The translations under genes were made by a program, and so were the position numbers. Under the pieces are notes generated by a model that saw only the letters and a program-made list of their open reading frames with translations, was not told the origin of the DNA and searched no databases. Below, one piece after another: positions 10,701 to 19,747 of a stretch of 64,000 bases of DNA. Source of the DNA: a virus; IMG/VR virus record IMGVR_UViG_3300028392_001993, positions 1 to 64,000 of that record; one strand, 5' to 3'. Every line of letters starts with the position of its first letter. Position 1 is the first letter of the stretch.

Positions 10701-11360
10701 AAACGTGGATTGCCTAATATGGCCAATGCAACATCACAAGTTGCCAAAGATATTATCGCTCAAACTGGTGGCGAGCCATTGTTAAGTCAACCAACTGCAA
10801 CAACTACCCCGGCCATAACTACAACTACCACCGCCGCAGGTCAGTTCCCCGGTGAAGATCCAAATGGTCCTGGCTATGTTGGCCGTAGAGAAGTTGCTCG
10901 TCGACAAGCCGCACGTGCCGCACAAACTAGTACAACGCCTGCTAAACCTAATTTTGCTCAACAAGGTGGTGGATACAAGAGTGTGAACTATGCACCCAAT
11001 ATCAAGACTGGTGTTGGTTTGCCTAAACCAACTACTCCTGCGGCACCAATTACAACGGTATCAAAAGGTGGCCTTGACAAGAAAACACAAGATTATATCA
11101 ATGCTATCAATGCCAAACAACCAGCAAGTTTAGCAGAGAACCGTATTGCTATCGCATTGAAACAGCCAGTAGCAGAAATGTTGCAAATGGTCGAGACCAA
11201 AGAAGATGTGCAAAAGATCAAACAGTTTGTTGATCAAACATTTGCCCGCTACGGTGCTGTGAATGAATCAGCATTTGCTTTGCGTAACCAAATACTTGAG
11301 CACATAACGCAAGTTGGTGCTCAACGTCGTAGAGAACACAGCCAGAAAGTGGCCCACTAA
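7728..11360 (+). CDS. Large LysM-domain virion/ejection-type polyprotein
   Basis: YTVQSGDTLSQIA...VQEL..LNP...IFPGQQITLP LysM; Gly/Ala-rich hydrophobic segment; QGVAE linker. Confidence 0.75.
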   Translation: MIVDQLFTPKPLKEGGPYDLPGKDYDRPGDTPRKAPASDEHNPYPFSPEEDDDYFREIFRKKREAAAKDQGVAEDYRDSPRAGIDPDFDSLLLRRDARRKGMTVAQYKHYLATQDQDREYELTIGPAARAELKRQADEIAELKRQQLRQERLEDEAAAHQRYTEKAEREMEMEKIRKAYQHELNVINNKHTNSLQTLNAENSHDIRKLSIQQQHELTMLKANQPERPTRPQRPGRPQRPTAEPEDDFEPEPEISVKPAPMTSNKPSIGNANFDSETGKPLKPQQWHTSQQLPYKKPPALGYKNDDDVTDIEPKKLGETGIDRAVNDKGLTQQRWLQLVQTKFPDAKIVCAKMIDGPCRATLPDGKTLSWVKVDQGTDGNNNSTGGVKPVGTGKYKALQTGIDQRKAARDKMQAYVATLPTYTRKGMSESKRNKQRRLNEALLMEDPVYRRFKRVGRYIAEQKLTEPEILQIFSDAEAGMTDKATGANRTFAGRGKDATVDFAKDVAGAVKGVLNSIQNSVPVAAVDTAYDQATDALGDLAGGQKGAVMDAIKKYRNLVKQYPKTAGFAKAALVAIAGLATGGAGLPAIAGLTYALDSAIKGDKLSSVIGKGAGAAALAAAGQAIHGGATQTGPADTNAFTNVNQMGDHTGEYVDMPDGSDIVSPLVAPPPELATYTVQSGDTLSQIAQANNTTVQELVGLNPQLAAASGAIGGQGLNPDVIFPGQQITLPPATPGADVYAGAVGTNANTMADIARGQVPNSAITQGMAARNAVRESIKYRARILHADKLIDQKATVLNWALSESVGRKSKSVNLTTLGTYTVFENIDRYRRAILEATQPGRPELPDQYRPDLPGGAGVQSQPGMIGRGLNWLDNKAKAVGGALSNFGHQFTTNVTKEKLKMNWHQAGKPSDSDQLAAWLVGQGVPQQVVTSVFGKMGIPYTAPTTVQPAGQSDEPTATSTATRQMPWYGKDANGKVRDSESLRARGNAELVKRGLPNMANATSQVAKDIIAQTGGEPLLSQPTATTTPAITTTTTAAGQFPGEDPNGPGYVGRREVARRQAARAAQTSTTPAKPNFAQQGGGYKSVNYAPNIKTGVGLPKPTTPAAPITTVSKGGLDKKTQDYINAINAKQPASLAENRIAIALKQPVAEMLQMVETKEDVQKIKQFVDQTFARYGAVNESAFALRNQILEHITQVGAQRRREHSQKVAH

Positions 11361-11437
11361 ACTCAGCCCTTAGGACCGAGTGGGCGGCTTCTGCCCGGGC
11401 CAATGGATTCGCTACCTGGCGGCCCAAAACGAGCACA
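11361..11437 (+). ncRNA. Candidate structured RNA element (unassigned)
   Basis: Three adjacent GC-rich hairpins (CTC/GAG, GGGC/GCCC, GGGCC/GGCCC) in an intergenic gap, no U-tract. Confidence 0.4.
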
Positions 11438-11443
11438 TACAAG

Positions 11444-11471
11444 TTGACATCTCCTAAATAACTGTTATAAT
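11444..11471 (+). promoter_or_regulatory. Sigma70-like promoter
   Basis: TTGACA-16 nt-TATAAT with TG extension; AGGAG RBS before ATG 11491. Confidence 0.75.
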
Positions 11472-11490
11472 AGTATTTTAGGAGATTTCT

Positions 11491-11751
11491 ATGACAGCAA
11501 AAACATTCAACGGCGATCAAAAGATCAAACTTACCCAAATTATCAATGAAGGCATGCAGGTCATGCACGAAATCGACACACTTCAGGGCGGACTCAATGA
11601 CACTATCAAAGCCGTAGCAGAAGAACTGGAAGTCAAGCCTGCTATTTTGAAGAAGGCTATCAAATTGGCACACAAGGCTGAATTTGGCAAGGAAAAACAA
11701 GATCACGAAACACTTGAGAATATTCTCGAGACCGTTGGTAAAACCTTATAA
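11491..11751 (+). CDS. DsbA/GapR-like small dsDNA-binding protein
   Basis: 86-aa helical protein with A-EEL-VKP..LKKAIK pattern reminiscent of T4 DsbA; upstream of DNA polymerase. Confidence 0.55.
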   Translation: MTAKTFNGDQKIKLTQIINEGMQVMHEIDTLQGGLNDTIKAVAEELEVKPAILKKAIKLAHKAEFGKEKQDHETLENILETVGKTL

Positions 11752-11754
11752 TTT

Positions 11755-12789
11755 GTGATTAGAGTCTTCCCGGCAAAACAATTCCAAGGACAATATTGTC
11801 TATCACCCTTTGTCATGATTGAGGTCACACTCAATGGTGACGTGAGAATGTGCGGGTGTGGCGCCTGGATGCCCAGCACTATCGGAAACCTAACCAGGAC
11901 AACTCTTAAAGAAATGTTGTCCTCGGACTTGGCGCAAAAAATTAGACAAAGCATTATCGATGGGTCTTATGTTTATTGCAATGAAAAACTATGTGGGGTT
12001 ATTACTAATAATGCTCTAAACAGCATTGATACTGTTCCGCCTAATATCACAGCATTGTTTGATGATGTATCAAAATTTGAAATGCCACATCATATTAGTT
12101 TTCAAGGTGATGAAACCTGTAATCTAAGTTGTCCTAGTTGTCGTACCTCTATCAAAAAAACATCAGCAGATAAACTACAAGAACAACAACATATAGGAAA
12201 ACTTATTTCAAAAAATTTGTTTTCTGAACCCACTGATCAAAAAATAAAATTAGAACTAAGTGGCACAGGTGAAGTATTTGCTAGTCCTCTGTTGTTGAAT
12301 TTTATTAATTCAATCGATCCATCTAACTTTCCTAACCTAGAACTAGATATTGGTACCAACGGATTACTATGCGAACAGAATTGGCATCGACTGGGATTGA
12401 TGCAATCATCAGTAAAAAAAGTAACAGTGAGCATTGATGCTTCCCAAGCCAGCACATATGAAAGACTTCGTCGTGGTGGCAAGTGGGAAAATTTATTAGA
12501 GTCTATGAATTTTTTACAAAATAAAAAACATAGCCAAGGCATAGCATTACACACTAGAATGATTGTACAACAACAAAATTATCCTGAAATTGAATCATTT
12601 TATCAAATGTGTCAACAGTTTGATGTAGACATGGTAGAATATTCAAGAGTAACAAACTGGGGAACTTGGTCCCAAAAAGAATTTCAGTTTCACGATGTTG
12701 TTAATCCTGCACATGCTGAATATGAAATGGCACAAGCAGAAATTGCCAAAGTAAAAAAATTATCAGGCACATGGTTTGCAGGACTATAA
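11755..12789 (+). CDS. Radical SAM protein with N-terminal SPASM-like Cys cluster
   Basis: C..PF.....NGDV..C.C...IGNL; CNLSCPSC; TNG; SIDA. Confidence 0.85.
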   Translation: MIRVFPAKQFQGQYCLSPFVMIEVTLNGDVRMCGCGAWMPSTIGNLTRTTLKEMLSSDLAQKIRQSIIDGSYVYCNEKLCGVITNNALNSIDTVPPNITALFDDVSKFEMPHHISFQGDETCNLSCPSCRTSIKKTSADKLQEQQHIGKLISKNLFSEPTDQKIKLELSGTGEVFASPLLLNFINSIDPSNFPNLELDIGTNGLLCEQNWHRLGLMQSSVKKVTVSIDASQASTYERLRRGGKWENLLESMNFLQNKKHSQGIALHTRMIVQQQNYPEIESFYQMCQQFDVDMVEYSRVTNWGTWSQKEFQFHDVVNPAHAEYEMAQAEIAKVKKLSGTWFAGL

Positions 12790-12792
12790 ATA
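12785..12792 (+). promoter_or_regulatory. T4-type late promoter motif TATAAATA
   Basis: Exact T4 late consensus; also at 44863, 46159, 55091. Confidence 0.55.
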
Positions 12793-12854
12793 TAGTATGA
12801 GTCGCTCACGTTACGAGCATGTAGTATGGCCTACCAGCCACAAATGGAGAAAAA

Positions 12855-15515
12855 TTGAGTTACATTGACGCATTATTTGATCGTGAGCACGATCGCATTC
12901 ACACAGTAGAACGCCGCAATGGCGAACGAGTATATAGAGAGTATCCCGCCAACTACATATTCTATTATGATGATCCCCGAGGTAAATTCCAAAGCATCTA
13001 TGGCACACCCGTATCAAGATTTTCTACACGCAATAACAAAGAGTTCCGCAAGGAAGTCCGCGTTCACAGCCATCGGCCGCTTTACGAAAGCGACATCAAC
13101 CCAATCTTTAGATGCCTTGAAGAAAACTACAAGGACCAAGATGCGCCTGAACTTCACACAGCGTTTTTTGACATTGAGGTGGCGTTTGATCAAGATCGCG
13201 GCTTCTCACCTGTATCAGACCCTTTTAATCCCATTACTGCAATCTCGGTCTATCTGGACTGGCTAGATCAACTGGTAACACTTGCTGTGCCACCCAAACA
13301 TCTAAGTTGGGAAACAGCACAAGAACTGGTCAAAGACTTTGAAAACACAATCTTGTTTGCTGACGAAGCAGACATGATCAAGACCTTCCTAGACTTGATT
13401 GACGACGCAGACGTAGTATCAGGTTGGAATAGTGAAGGCTATGACATTCCTTATACTGTAAACAGATGTACTAGAGTGCTATCAAAAGATGACACACGCA
13501 AGTTTTGTTTGTGGGGGCAACTGCCCAAGAAGCGTATGTTTGAACGCTTTGGTGCCGAAAACGAAACCTATGACTTGATTGGTCGTGTGCATATGGACTA
13601 TATGCAACTGTATCGCAAGTACACCTATGAAGAACGCCACAGTTATAGCCTGGATGCTATTTGTGAATACGAACTGGGTGAACGCAAGACACAGTTCGAA
13701 GGCACCCTGGATAGTTTGTATAACCAACACTTCAAAACATTTATTGAATACAACCGCCAAGACACATTGTTGATTGGCAAGTTAGATAAAAAACTACGCT
13801 TCTTGGACCTGGCCAACGAACTGGCACACGCTAATACTGTGTTGCTCCAGACCACTATGGGTGCGGTAGCAGTAACTGAACAGGCTATTATCAATGAGGC
13901 CCACGAACGTGGCATGGTTGTGCCCAATCGCAAGCAACGCCTTACAGACGAGGATACACAGGCCGCGGGTGCCTATGTTGCTTATCCCAAGAAAGGTGTG
14001 CATGAGTGGATTGGTTCAGTTGACATTAACAGTCTGTATCCAAGTGCTATTCGCGCAATGAATATGGGTCCGGAGACTGTGGTAGGACAACTACGCCAGA
14101 CCATGACAGATCACTTGATCAAAGCCAACATGGCCAAAGGTCAGAGTTTTGCGGCTGCATGGGAAGGTATCTTTGCCAGTTTAGAATACACAGCCGTGAT
14201 GAATCGAGAACGTGGCACAGAGATTACCATTGACTGGGAGAACGGCGAAGAGAGTGTACACTCAGCCGCAGAGATCTGGAACATTATATTTGATTCAAAC
14301 CAACCTTGGATACTCACTGCTAACGGCACTATTCTTACATTTGAGAAGAAAGGTATCATTCCCGGCTTGCTAGAACGTTGGTATAGTGAGCGCAAGGACT
14401 TGCAGGCTCGAAAGAAGGACGCAAAAGATGCCAAAGAAATTGCTTTCTGGGACAAACGACAACTGGTTAAAAAGATTAATCTCAACAGTTTGTACGGGGC
14501 TATTCTTAACCCGGGCTGTAGGTTCTTTGACAAACGTATTGGACAGTCAACGACACTTACTGGTCGTTCAATTGCCCGGCACATGGACGCTCATCTTAAT
14601 GAGTGTATCACAGGCGAATATGACCACGTGGGCAAAGCAGTCATCTACGGGGACACAGACTCGTGTTATTTCTCCGCGTGGCCGGTCCTCAAGAAAGAAG
14701 TCGAAGAAGGCCGGATGGCATGGTCAAAAGAGGCTTGTATTCAACTGTATGACAGCCTTGCTGAGCAGGTCAACGAAAGTTTTCCCGGCTTCATGGAACA
14801 GGCGTTCCATTGTCCCAGGGATATGGGCGAATTGATCAAGTGTGGTCGTGAAACAGTGGCGGATCGTGGGCTGTTTATTACCAAGAAACGTTATGCTGTA
14901 AATGCCATTGACATTGAAGGTAAACGACTTGATATCAATGGTTCAATTGGCAAGACCAAAGCCACAGGACTTGACCTAAAACGCAGTGATACACCCAAAG
15001 TAATTCAAGACTTCTTGTTAGAAATTCTAAATAAACTACTTGCTGGCGCAGGTAAAGATGAGATTGTGGAACGTATTCGTGAATTCAAGTATGAGTTCAA
15101 AGAGCGTCCAGGTTGGGAGAAAGGCTCACCCAAGCGTGTGAATAACTTGACCAAGTACTTGGCAGAAGAAACACGATTAGGCAAGGCTAATATGCCCGGC
15201 CACGTGCGAGCCGCAATCAACTGGAATAACATGCGTAAGATGAATAGTGACAACTATAGTATGCAAATTGTGGATGGTATGAAAACTATTGTGTGTAAAC
15301 TCAAGTCAAATGCTCTAGGTTGGACATCGATTGGTTATCCCACAGACGAGCAACGGCTGCCAGCTTGGTTCACTGCATTACCATTTGATGATGGAGAGAT
15401 GGAAGCAACTGTGGTCGATGGTAAAGTTGATAACTTGCTGGGTGTGTTGGATTGGGATTTAGCATCAGCAACCAACACAGAAAATACATTTACTAGTTTG
15501 TTTGACTTCGAATGA
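12855..15515 (+). CDS. Family B DNA polymerase (gp43-like), uninterrupted
   Basis: Exo motifs FDIE, GWNSEGYD, YNRQD; polymerase motifs DINSLYPS, KINLNSLYG, YGDTDS, KKRY; TTG start with GGAG RBS. Confidence 0.95.
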   Translation: MSYIDALFDREHDRIHTVERRNGERVYREYPANYIFYYDDPRGKFQSIYGTPVSRFSTRNNKEFRKEVRVHSHRPLYESDINPIFRCLEENYKDQDAPELHTAFFDIEVAFDQDRGFSPVSDPFNPITAISVYLDWLDQLVTLAVPPKHLSWETAQELVKDFENTILFADEADMIKTFLDLIDDADVVSGWNSEGYDIPYTVNRCTRVLSKDDTRKFCLWGQLPKKRMFERFGAENETYDLIGRVHMDYMQLYRKYTYEERHSYSLDAICEYELGERKTQFEGTLDSLYNQHFKTFIEYNRQDTLLIGKLDKKLRFLDLANELAHANTVLLQTTMGAVAVTEQAIINEAHERGMVVPNRKQRLTDEDTQAAGAYVAYPKKGVHEWIGSVDINSLYPSAIRAMNMGPETVVGQLRQTMTDHLIKANMAKGQSFAAAWEGIFASLEYTAVMNRERGTEITIDWENGEESVHSAAEIWNIIFDSNQPWILTANGTILTFEKKGIIPGLLERWYSERKDLQARKKDAKDAKEIAFWDKRQLVKKINLNSLYGAILNPGCRFFDKRIGQSTTLTGRSIARHMDAHLNECITGEYDHVGKAVIYGDTDSCYFSAWPVLKKEVEEGRMAWSKEACIQLYDSLAEQVNESFPGFMEQAFHCPRDMGELIKCGRETVADRGLFITKKRYAVNAIDIEGKRLDINGSIGKTKATGLDLKRSDTPKVIQDFLLEILNKLLAGAGKDEIVERIREFKYEFKERPGWEKGSPKRVNNLTKYLAEETRLGKANMPGHVRAAINWNNMRKMNSDNYSMQIVDGMKTIVCKLKSNALGWTSIGYPTDEQRLPAWFTALPFDDGEMEATVVDGKVDNLLGVLDWDLASATNTENTFTSLFDFE

Positions 15516-16456
15516 AACTCAGCGAAATTGTTGCTTACTTAAATTTACTCAATTCACTTGATGTTCCAAGCGAATGCGATGCCGCGGTAAAAAAGCTAAG
15601 TCATGTAACGCATGTGGTTGCTGATAACGCTGGTCAATGGCAATCTGCCAGTGATAAGATTATTAAAACGTTTGATAATCTAGGTAGTATTATCGCAAAA
15701 TATTCTAGTGAAATTGAAGATCTTAAAGGAGAGTTAAGATCTGAAATAGAACAACGCGAGCAAGAATATCTCCAGGCTAGCATGCGTTTATATCGTGAAC
15801 AACTAATACACCGGCCTGTTGATCGCATTCTAAATACCCGTATGCGAATTGATGATAGCGATGATCTTTCTTTGCGTACCCACCTTAAAAATCTTACTGA
15901 TTGGCGAATGCCTGGCATGATAATAAGACCTGGCGTTGAAAACTACATCGAAGATATGGTTCCGTTAGATCCTTTATATGTTGTTGACCACCACAAAGAA
16001 TTAATTCGTGTCGCAACTAGCAAGTTTACTCCTGAATATCAACGTAGACTGCGAGAGTATGTAATAAATGACTGGGCCGACGGACCAATTTTATCAAAGA
16101 TGCCTAATAATCAATTTGGTGTAATATTTGCGTATCATTATTTTAATCACAAACCCATACCAATTATCAATAAATTTCTAACAGAGTTCTATGAAAAATT
16201 ACGCCCAGGTGGGTCAGTAATTATGACCTATAACAACTGTGATCTAGCACACGGAGTGATTCGTGCCGATCATATGTGGATGTTATATACTCCACGTAGA
16301 TTGATCGAACGCCATGCTCTAGCTGTGGGATTTGAATTAGTTCATGCTGTGGATGGCAAAGGAGATGTAAGTTGGCTAGAACTACGCAAACCTGGTGATA
16401 TTACTTCGCTGAGAGGCGGACAAACATTAGCCAAAATACTTGCAAAAACAGATTGA
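15512..16456 (+). CDS. Coiled-coil plus class I SAM methyltransferase-like domain
   Basis: C-terminal F.VIFAY..F.H...LRPGG motif; no clear GxGxG. Confidence 0.55.
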   Translation: MKLSEIVAYLNLLNSLDVPSECDAAVKKLSHVTHVVADNAGQWQSASDKIIKTFDNLGSIIAKYSSEIEDLKGELRSEIEQREQEYLQASMRLYREQLIHRPVDRILNTRMRIDDSDDLSLRTHLKNLTDWRMPGMIIRPGVENYIEDMVPLDPLYVVDHHKELIRVATSKFTPEYQRRLREYVINDWADGPILSKMPNNQFGVIFAYHYFNHKPIPIINKFLTEFYEKLRPGGSVIMTYNNCDLAHGVIRADHMWMLYTPRRLIERHALAVGFELVHAVDGKGDVSWLELRKPGDITSLRGGQTLAKILAKTD

Positions 16457-16468
16457 AACCTGTATACT
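16440..16468 (+). promoter_or_regulatory. Sigma70-like promoter
   Basis: TTGCAA-17 nt-TATACT; AGGAG RBS. Confidence 0.55.
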
Positions 16469-16487
16469 TAACACTTAGGAGAAATTT

Positions 16488-17210
16488 ATGAGAGATTACT
16501 TATTAGACTTGGTAGAACACACTTATGACTTGGGCTGTATTGACCTAGTCAAGATTGTTGGAGATACTAGCAAAACTGAAATTGTGGGATTGGCGGAAGA
16601 TTTGAGTGTGGTTATTCGCGGCAACTTCCACAATCCCGTGGCAGACTTTGTGGGCACATTTGGTATGCCTAACTTGGGTAAACTAAAAACTTTGCTTAAC
16701 TTACAAGAGTACAAAGAAGATGCCAAACTTGCTATTACCAAACGTGCTGATGGTGAACCAGATGGTATTTTGTTTGAAAATAAAATTGGCGACTTTAAAA
16801 ACAACTATCGTTTTATGGCATCAGGTATTGTAAACGAAAAACTAAAGACTGCAAAGATCCGCCCTGTAACATGGCACATTGAGTTTGAACCAACCAATGC
16901 GGCTATTCAGCGAATGAAATGGCAAATGAGTGCCAACGCAGAAGAAGCCAACTTCCAGGCCAAAACTGAAGGCAATGATCTCAAGTTTTTCTTTGGTGAT
17001 CATTCAACACATTCAGGAAACTTTGTGTTCCATCCAGGTGTAGGCGGGCAATTGAAACGTGCGTGGGCCTGGCCTGCCAAACAGTTTGTGAGTATCATGG
17101 ACTTGACTGGTGACAAGAAGGTACGCATCAGCGACGACGGTGCCGCAGAGATCACTGTTGATTCAGGCCTGGCTGTATATCAATATCTATTGCCAGCACA
17201 AAGCAAATAA
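16488..17210 (+). CDS. Sliding clamp (gp45-like)
   Basis: 240 aa, beta/alpha repeat pattern, ends VDSGLAVYQYLLPA; position next to PolB. Confidence 0.6.
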   Translation: MRDYLLDLVEHTYDLGCIDLVKIVGDTSKTEIVGLAEDLSVVIRGNFHNPVADFVGTFGMPNLGKLKTLLNLQEYKEDAKLAITKRADGEPDGILFENKIGDFKNNYRFMASGIVNEKLKTAKIRPVTWHIEFEPTNAAIQRMKWQMSANAEEANFQAKTEGNDLKFFFGDHSTHSGNFVFHPGVGGQLKRAWAWPAKQFVSIMDLTGDKKVRISDDGAAEITVDSGLAVYQYLLPAQSK

Positions 17211-18775
17211 TGACTGACCCTGTTGTTCAAGATAACTTAACTGCCAAGCAGAATGACTATGCTGTGTTCCTTCCGGCCATCAGCGGGTTTTATGCTACTT
17301 TTGTGGGCAAACAAAGAAATGAACCATACGTGGATCCGGCGAGATTGCCTCAGGGCATTACTGATATGGAGCAACTTAACTGGCTCAATTCCAACAAGGC
17401 TTTATTCCCGTATAAGTGGAGCCTATACTCCGGCGGCCATGCTAACCTCGATCTTGCAAAGCAAGACTGGTCAGAGGATATGGTCCGAAATAGAGAACCG
17501 GGAACGTTCATACTGGGGGACTCAGGCGGTTTTCAGATTGCTAAAGGCTTGTGGGAAGGTGATTGGCGAGCCAACTCAGGTTGTGCTAAAGCTCAAAAGA
17601 AAAGATCACTTATCTTAAACTGGTTAGACAATGTAGCTGACTATGGCATGATCTTGGATATCCCAACTTGGGTCATCCACGACAAGAAAGCAAGTGATGC
17701 ATGTCAGATAACCACACTACAAGAAGCAGTGGATGCCACAAAGTTCAATAATGAATACTTTATGAAACACCGCAAGGGTGTGGAGAATGGTGGTGCCAAG
17801 TTCTTGAATGTGTTGCAAGGTGACAATCATACGTCAGCAGATCAGTGGTATGAGACCATGAAGGAATACTGCGATCCTGTGAAGTATCCAGACACACACT
17901 TTGACGGTTGGTCAATGGGTGGACAAAACATGTGCGACGTACACCTAGTGCTTCGCAGACTGGTAGCACTACGCTATGACAATTTACTTCAAGAGGGCAA
18001 ACACGATTGGATGCATTTCTTGGGAACCTCCAAACTGGAGTGGGCTGTTTTATTAACTGTAATCCAAAGGGCCGTAAGAAAATATGTCAATCCACAATTC
18101 ACAATCTCGTTTGACTGCGCCAGTCCGTTCCTTGCAACAGCAAACGGACAAGTCTATTTTGAAAATGTCTTTGAACACGACAGTAAATGGTCGTATCGCA
18201 TGGCTCCTTCAGCCGACGACAAAAAGTACTCCACAGACACACGCAAGTGGGGAACAGGAGTAGTAGCAGACGGCATCTATCCACGTTGGGAAGATAGTCC
18301 AATAAGCAATCTGCTTAAGATGAAAGATATTTGCATCTACAAGCCCGGCGACCTAAATAAGATTGGCAAAGAAGGCAAGACAAGTTGGGACAGTTTCTCA
18401 TATGCTTTGCTTATGGGGCATAATGTCTGGATGCATCTGACCGCAGTACAAGAAGCCAACCGGCGTTTTGATGCAGGGGAGCATCCTGCTATGATGCGGC
18501 GCAGTACTGGAGACTATGCCAAGTTCGAAGACATTGTGGAAGCAATCTTTGCGGCACCAGATCGCGAAACCAGCGAAGCCATTATTGAAATGTACGACAC
18601 ATATTGGATGGAGATTGTGGGCACACGAGGATTCAAAGGCAAGAAAACCAAAAATGCTCGCACACAATTCAATGCGTTGTTTGAATTCGAAGAAACTGAC
18701 TCTGTACAACCAACCGATGATAGTGTACAATTAGACATATCAGCATTAGATCAATTAGAAAATGAACAGACCTGA
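17210..18775 (+). CDS. dpdA: TGT-fold transglycosylase, DpdA-like (7-deazaguanine insertion)
   Basis: DSGGFQ, LDIP, VLQG, GWSMGG, HFLG, SFDCAS TGT motifs; no CxCxxC zinc site of tRNA TGT; next to replication genes and que genes. Confidence 0.75.
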   Translation: MTDPVVQDNLTAKQNDYAVFLPAISGFYATFVGKQRNEPYVDPARLPQGITDMEQLNWLNSNKALFPYKWSLYSGGHANLDLAKQDWSEDMVRNREPGTFILGDSGGFQIAKGLWEGDWRANSGCAKAQKKRSLILNWLDNVADYGMILDIPTWVIHDKKASDACQITTLQEAVDATKFNNEYFMKHRKGVENGGAKFLNVLQGDNHTSADQWYETMKEYCDPVKYPDTHFDGWSMGGQNMCDVHLVLRRLVALRYDNLLQEGKHDWMHFLGTSKLEWAVLLTVIQRAVRKYVNPQFTISFDCASPFLATANGQVYFENVFEHDSKWSYRMAPSADDKKYSTDTRKWGTGVVADGIYPRWEDSPISNLLKMKDICIYKPGDLNKIGKEGKTSWDSFSYALLMGHNVWMHLTAVQEANRRFDAGEHPAMMRRSTGDYAKFEDIVEAIFAAPDRETSEAIIEMYDTYWMEIVGTRGFKGKKTKNARTQFNALFEFEETDSVQPTDDSVQLDISALDQLENEQT

Positions 18776-19289
18776 ACACGAAAATGTCAACTTCTTTATA
18801 GGCACAGAAGTAGAACGCACTCCTGCATTTGGCCAACGTACTTTGTTTGTTGTGGGCTGGCAACCCGTGCTTGAGATTGTTCGACTACTGGCCGAACACA
18901 ACTCGTATATAGACAAGTCCAAGCATATTGAACACATCTTCTTTGGTGCTAATCACAGTTTCCATCCTGCCAACAGACTGGAGTGGCAACGCTGGGAAAG
19001 TATGATTGAACCGTTCCTGGGCGATGGATATCTATGTAGTTTAGACATTCCAATCACCCACGTGGACGAGTTTCACGATGGCCCCCTCTGCGACTACAGA
19101 AATTTTATTCCACAAATTCGAGTAAGTCTGCCCTATACAAAGTTGTGGAATTATAATACAATGTTAAAAATAGATGATAAGGACTTTGATGCTACCAATC
19201 CTGGTGTTTGGTGTCATAGTTTGCAGAGTCTAATGAGTCGTGAAACATTTACTAGTTGGGATGATTACAAGGGAGATTCAAAACTATGA
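18762..19289 (+). CDS. Hypothetical protein in dpd operon
   Basis: 175-aa ORF overlapping dpdA-like stop and next start. Confidence 0.7.
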   Translation: MNRPEHENVNFFIGTEVERTPAFGQRTLFVVGWQPVLEIVRLLAEHNSYIDKSKHIEHIFFGANHSFHPANRLEWQRWESMIEPFLGDGYLCSLDIPITHVDEFHDGPLCDYRNFIPQIRVSLPYTKLWNYNTMLKIDDKDFDATNPGVWCHSLQSLMSRETFTSWDDYKGDSKL

Positions 19290-19738
19290 ATCAAAGAGAT
19301 CAAGCATTAACAGAACAACGTGAGCGAATCATGAGCCAAGCAAAACGTAAAATCTGGATCACATTCCGCAAAGAAGGTATACATTGCTACCCAGCGGCTG
19401 CCACTGATCCTAGTCTGGCCACAGGCGATGAATATGATGTTAGTTTCCTTGGCACACCACATCGTCACATATTCCACTTTAGAGTGTGGATTGATGTGCT
19501 ACACAACGATCGTGACATTGAGTTTATCCAGTTCAAACGCTGGTTAGAAAACTTGTACAAAGACGGCATCTTGCAACTGGACTATAAAAGTTGTGAAATG
19601 ATGGCTGACGATTTGTACGCTGAAATTTCTGCACGGTATCCAGATCGTGCAGTATGGATTGAGGTTGCCGAAGATGGTGAGAACGGCGCCTTAATTAAAT
19701 ATGAACTTTCTCGCCCTAGCAATTCAATTAAAATTTAA
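19286..19738 (+). CDS. QueD-like T-fold protein, DpdL (CDG decarboxylase) candidate
   Basis: LGTPHRHIF fits the LxxxHRHxF signature I recall for DpdL; SCE and EDGENG T-fold motifs; separate canonical queD exists at 25627. Confidence 0.65.
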   Translation: MNQRDQALTEQRERIMSQAKRKIWITFRKEGIHCYPAAATDPSLATGDEYDVSFLGTPHRHIFHFRVWIDVLHNDRDIEFIQFKRWLENLYKDGILQLDYKSCEMMADDLYAEISARYPDRAVWIEVAEDGENGALIKYELSRPSNSIKI

Positions 19739-19747
19739 GGAAATTAA

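Noticed and set aside
12855-15515. Intron or intein in the DNA polymerase
   Set aside because: 886-aa ORF is continuous with normally spaced motifs and no splicing signatures.
17210-18775. Calling the TGT-fold protein a canonical bacterial tRNA-guanine transglycosylase (tgt)
   Set aside because: No CxCxxC zinc motif, much longer, and embedded with replication genes; DpdA-like is the better reading though not proven.
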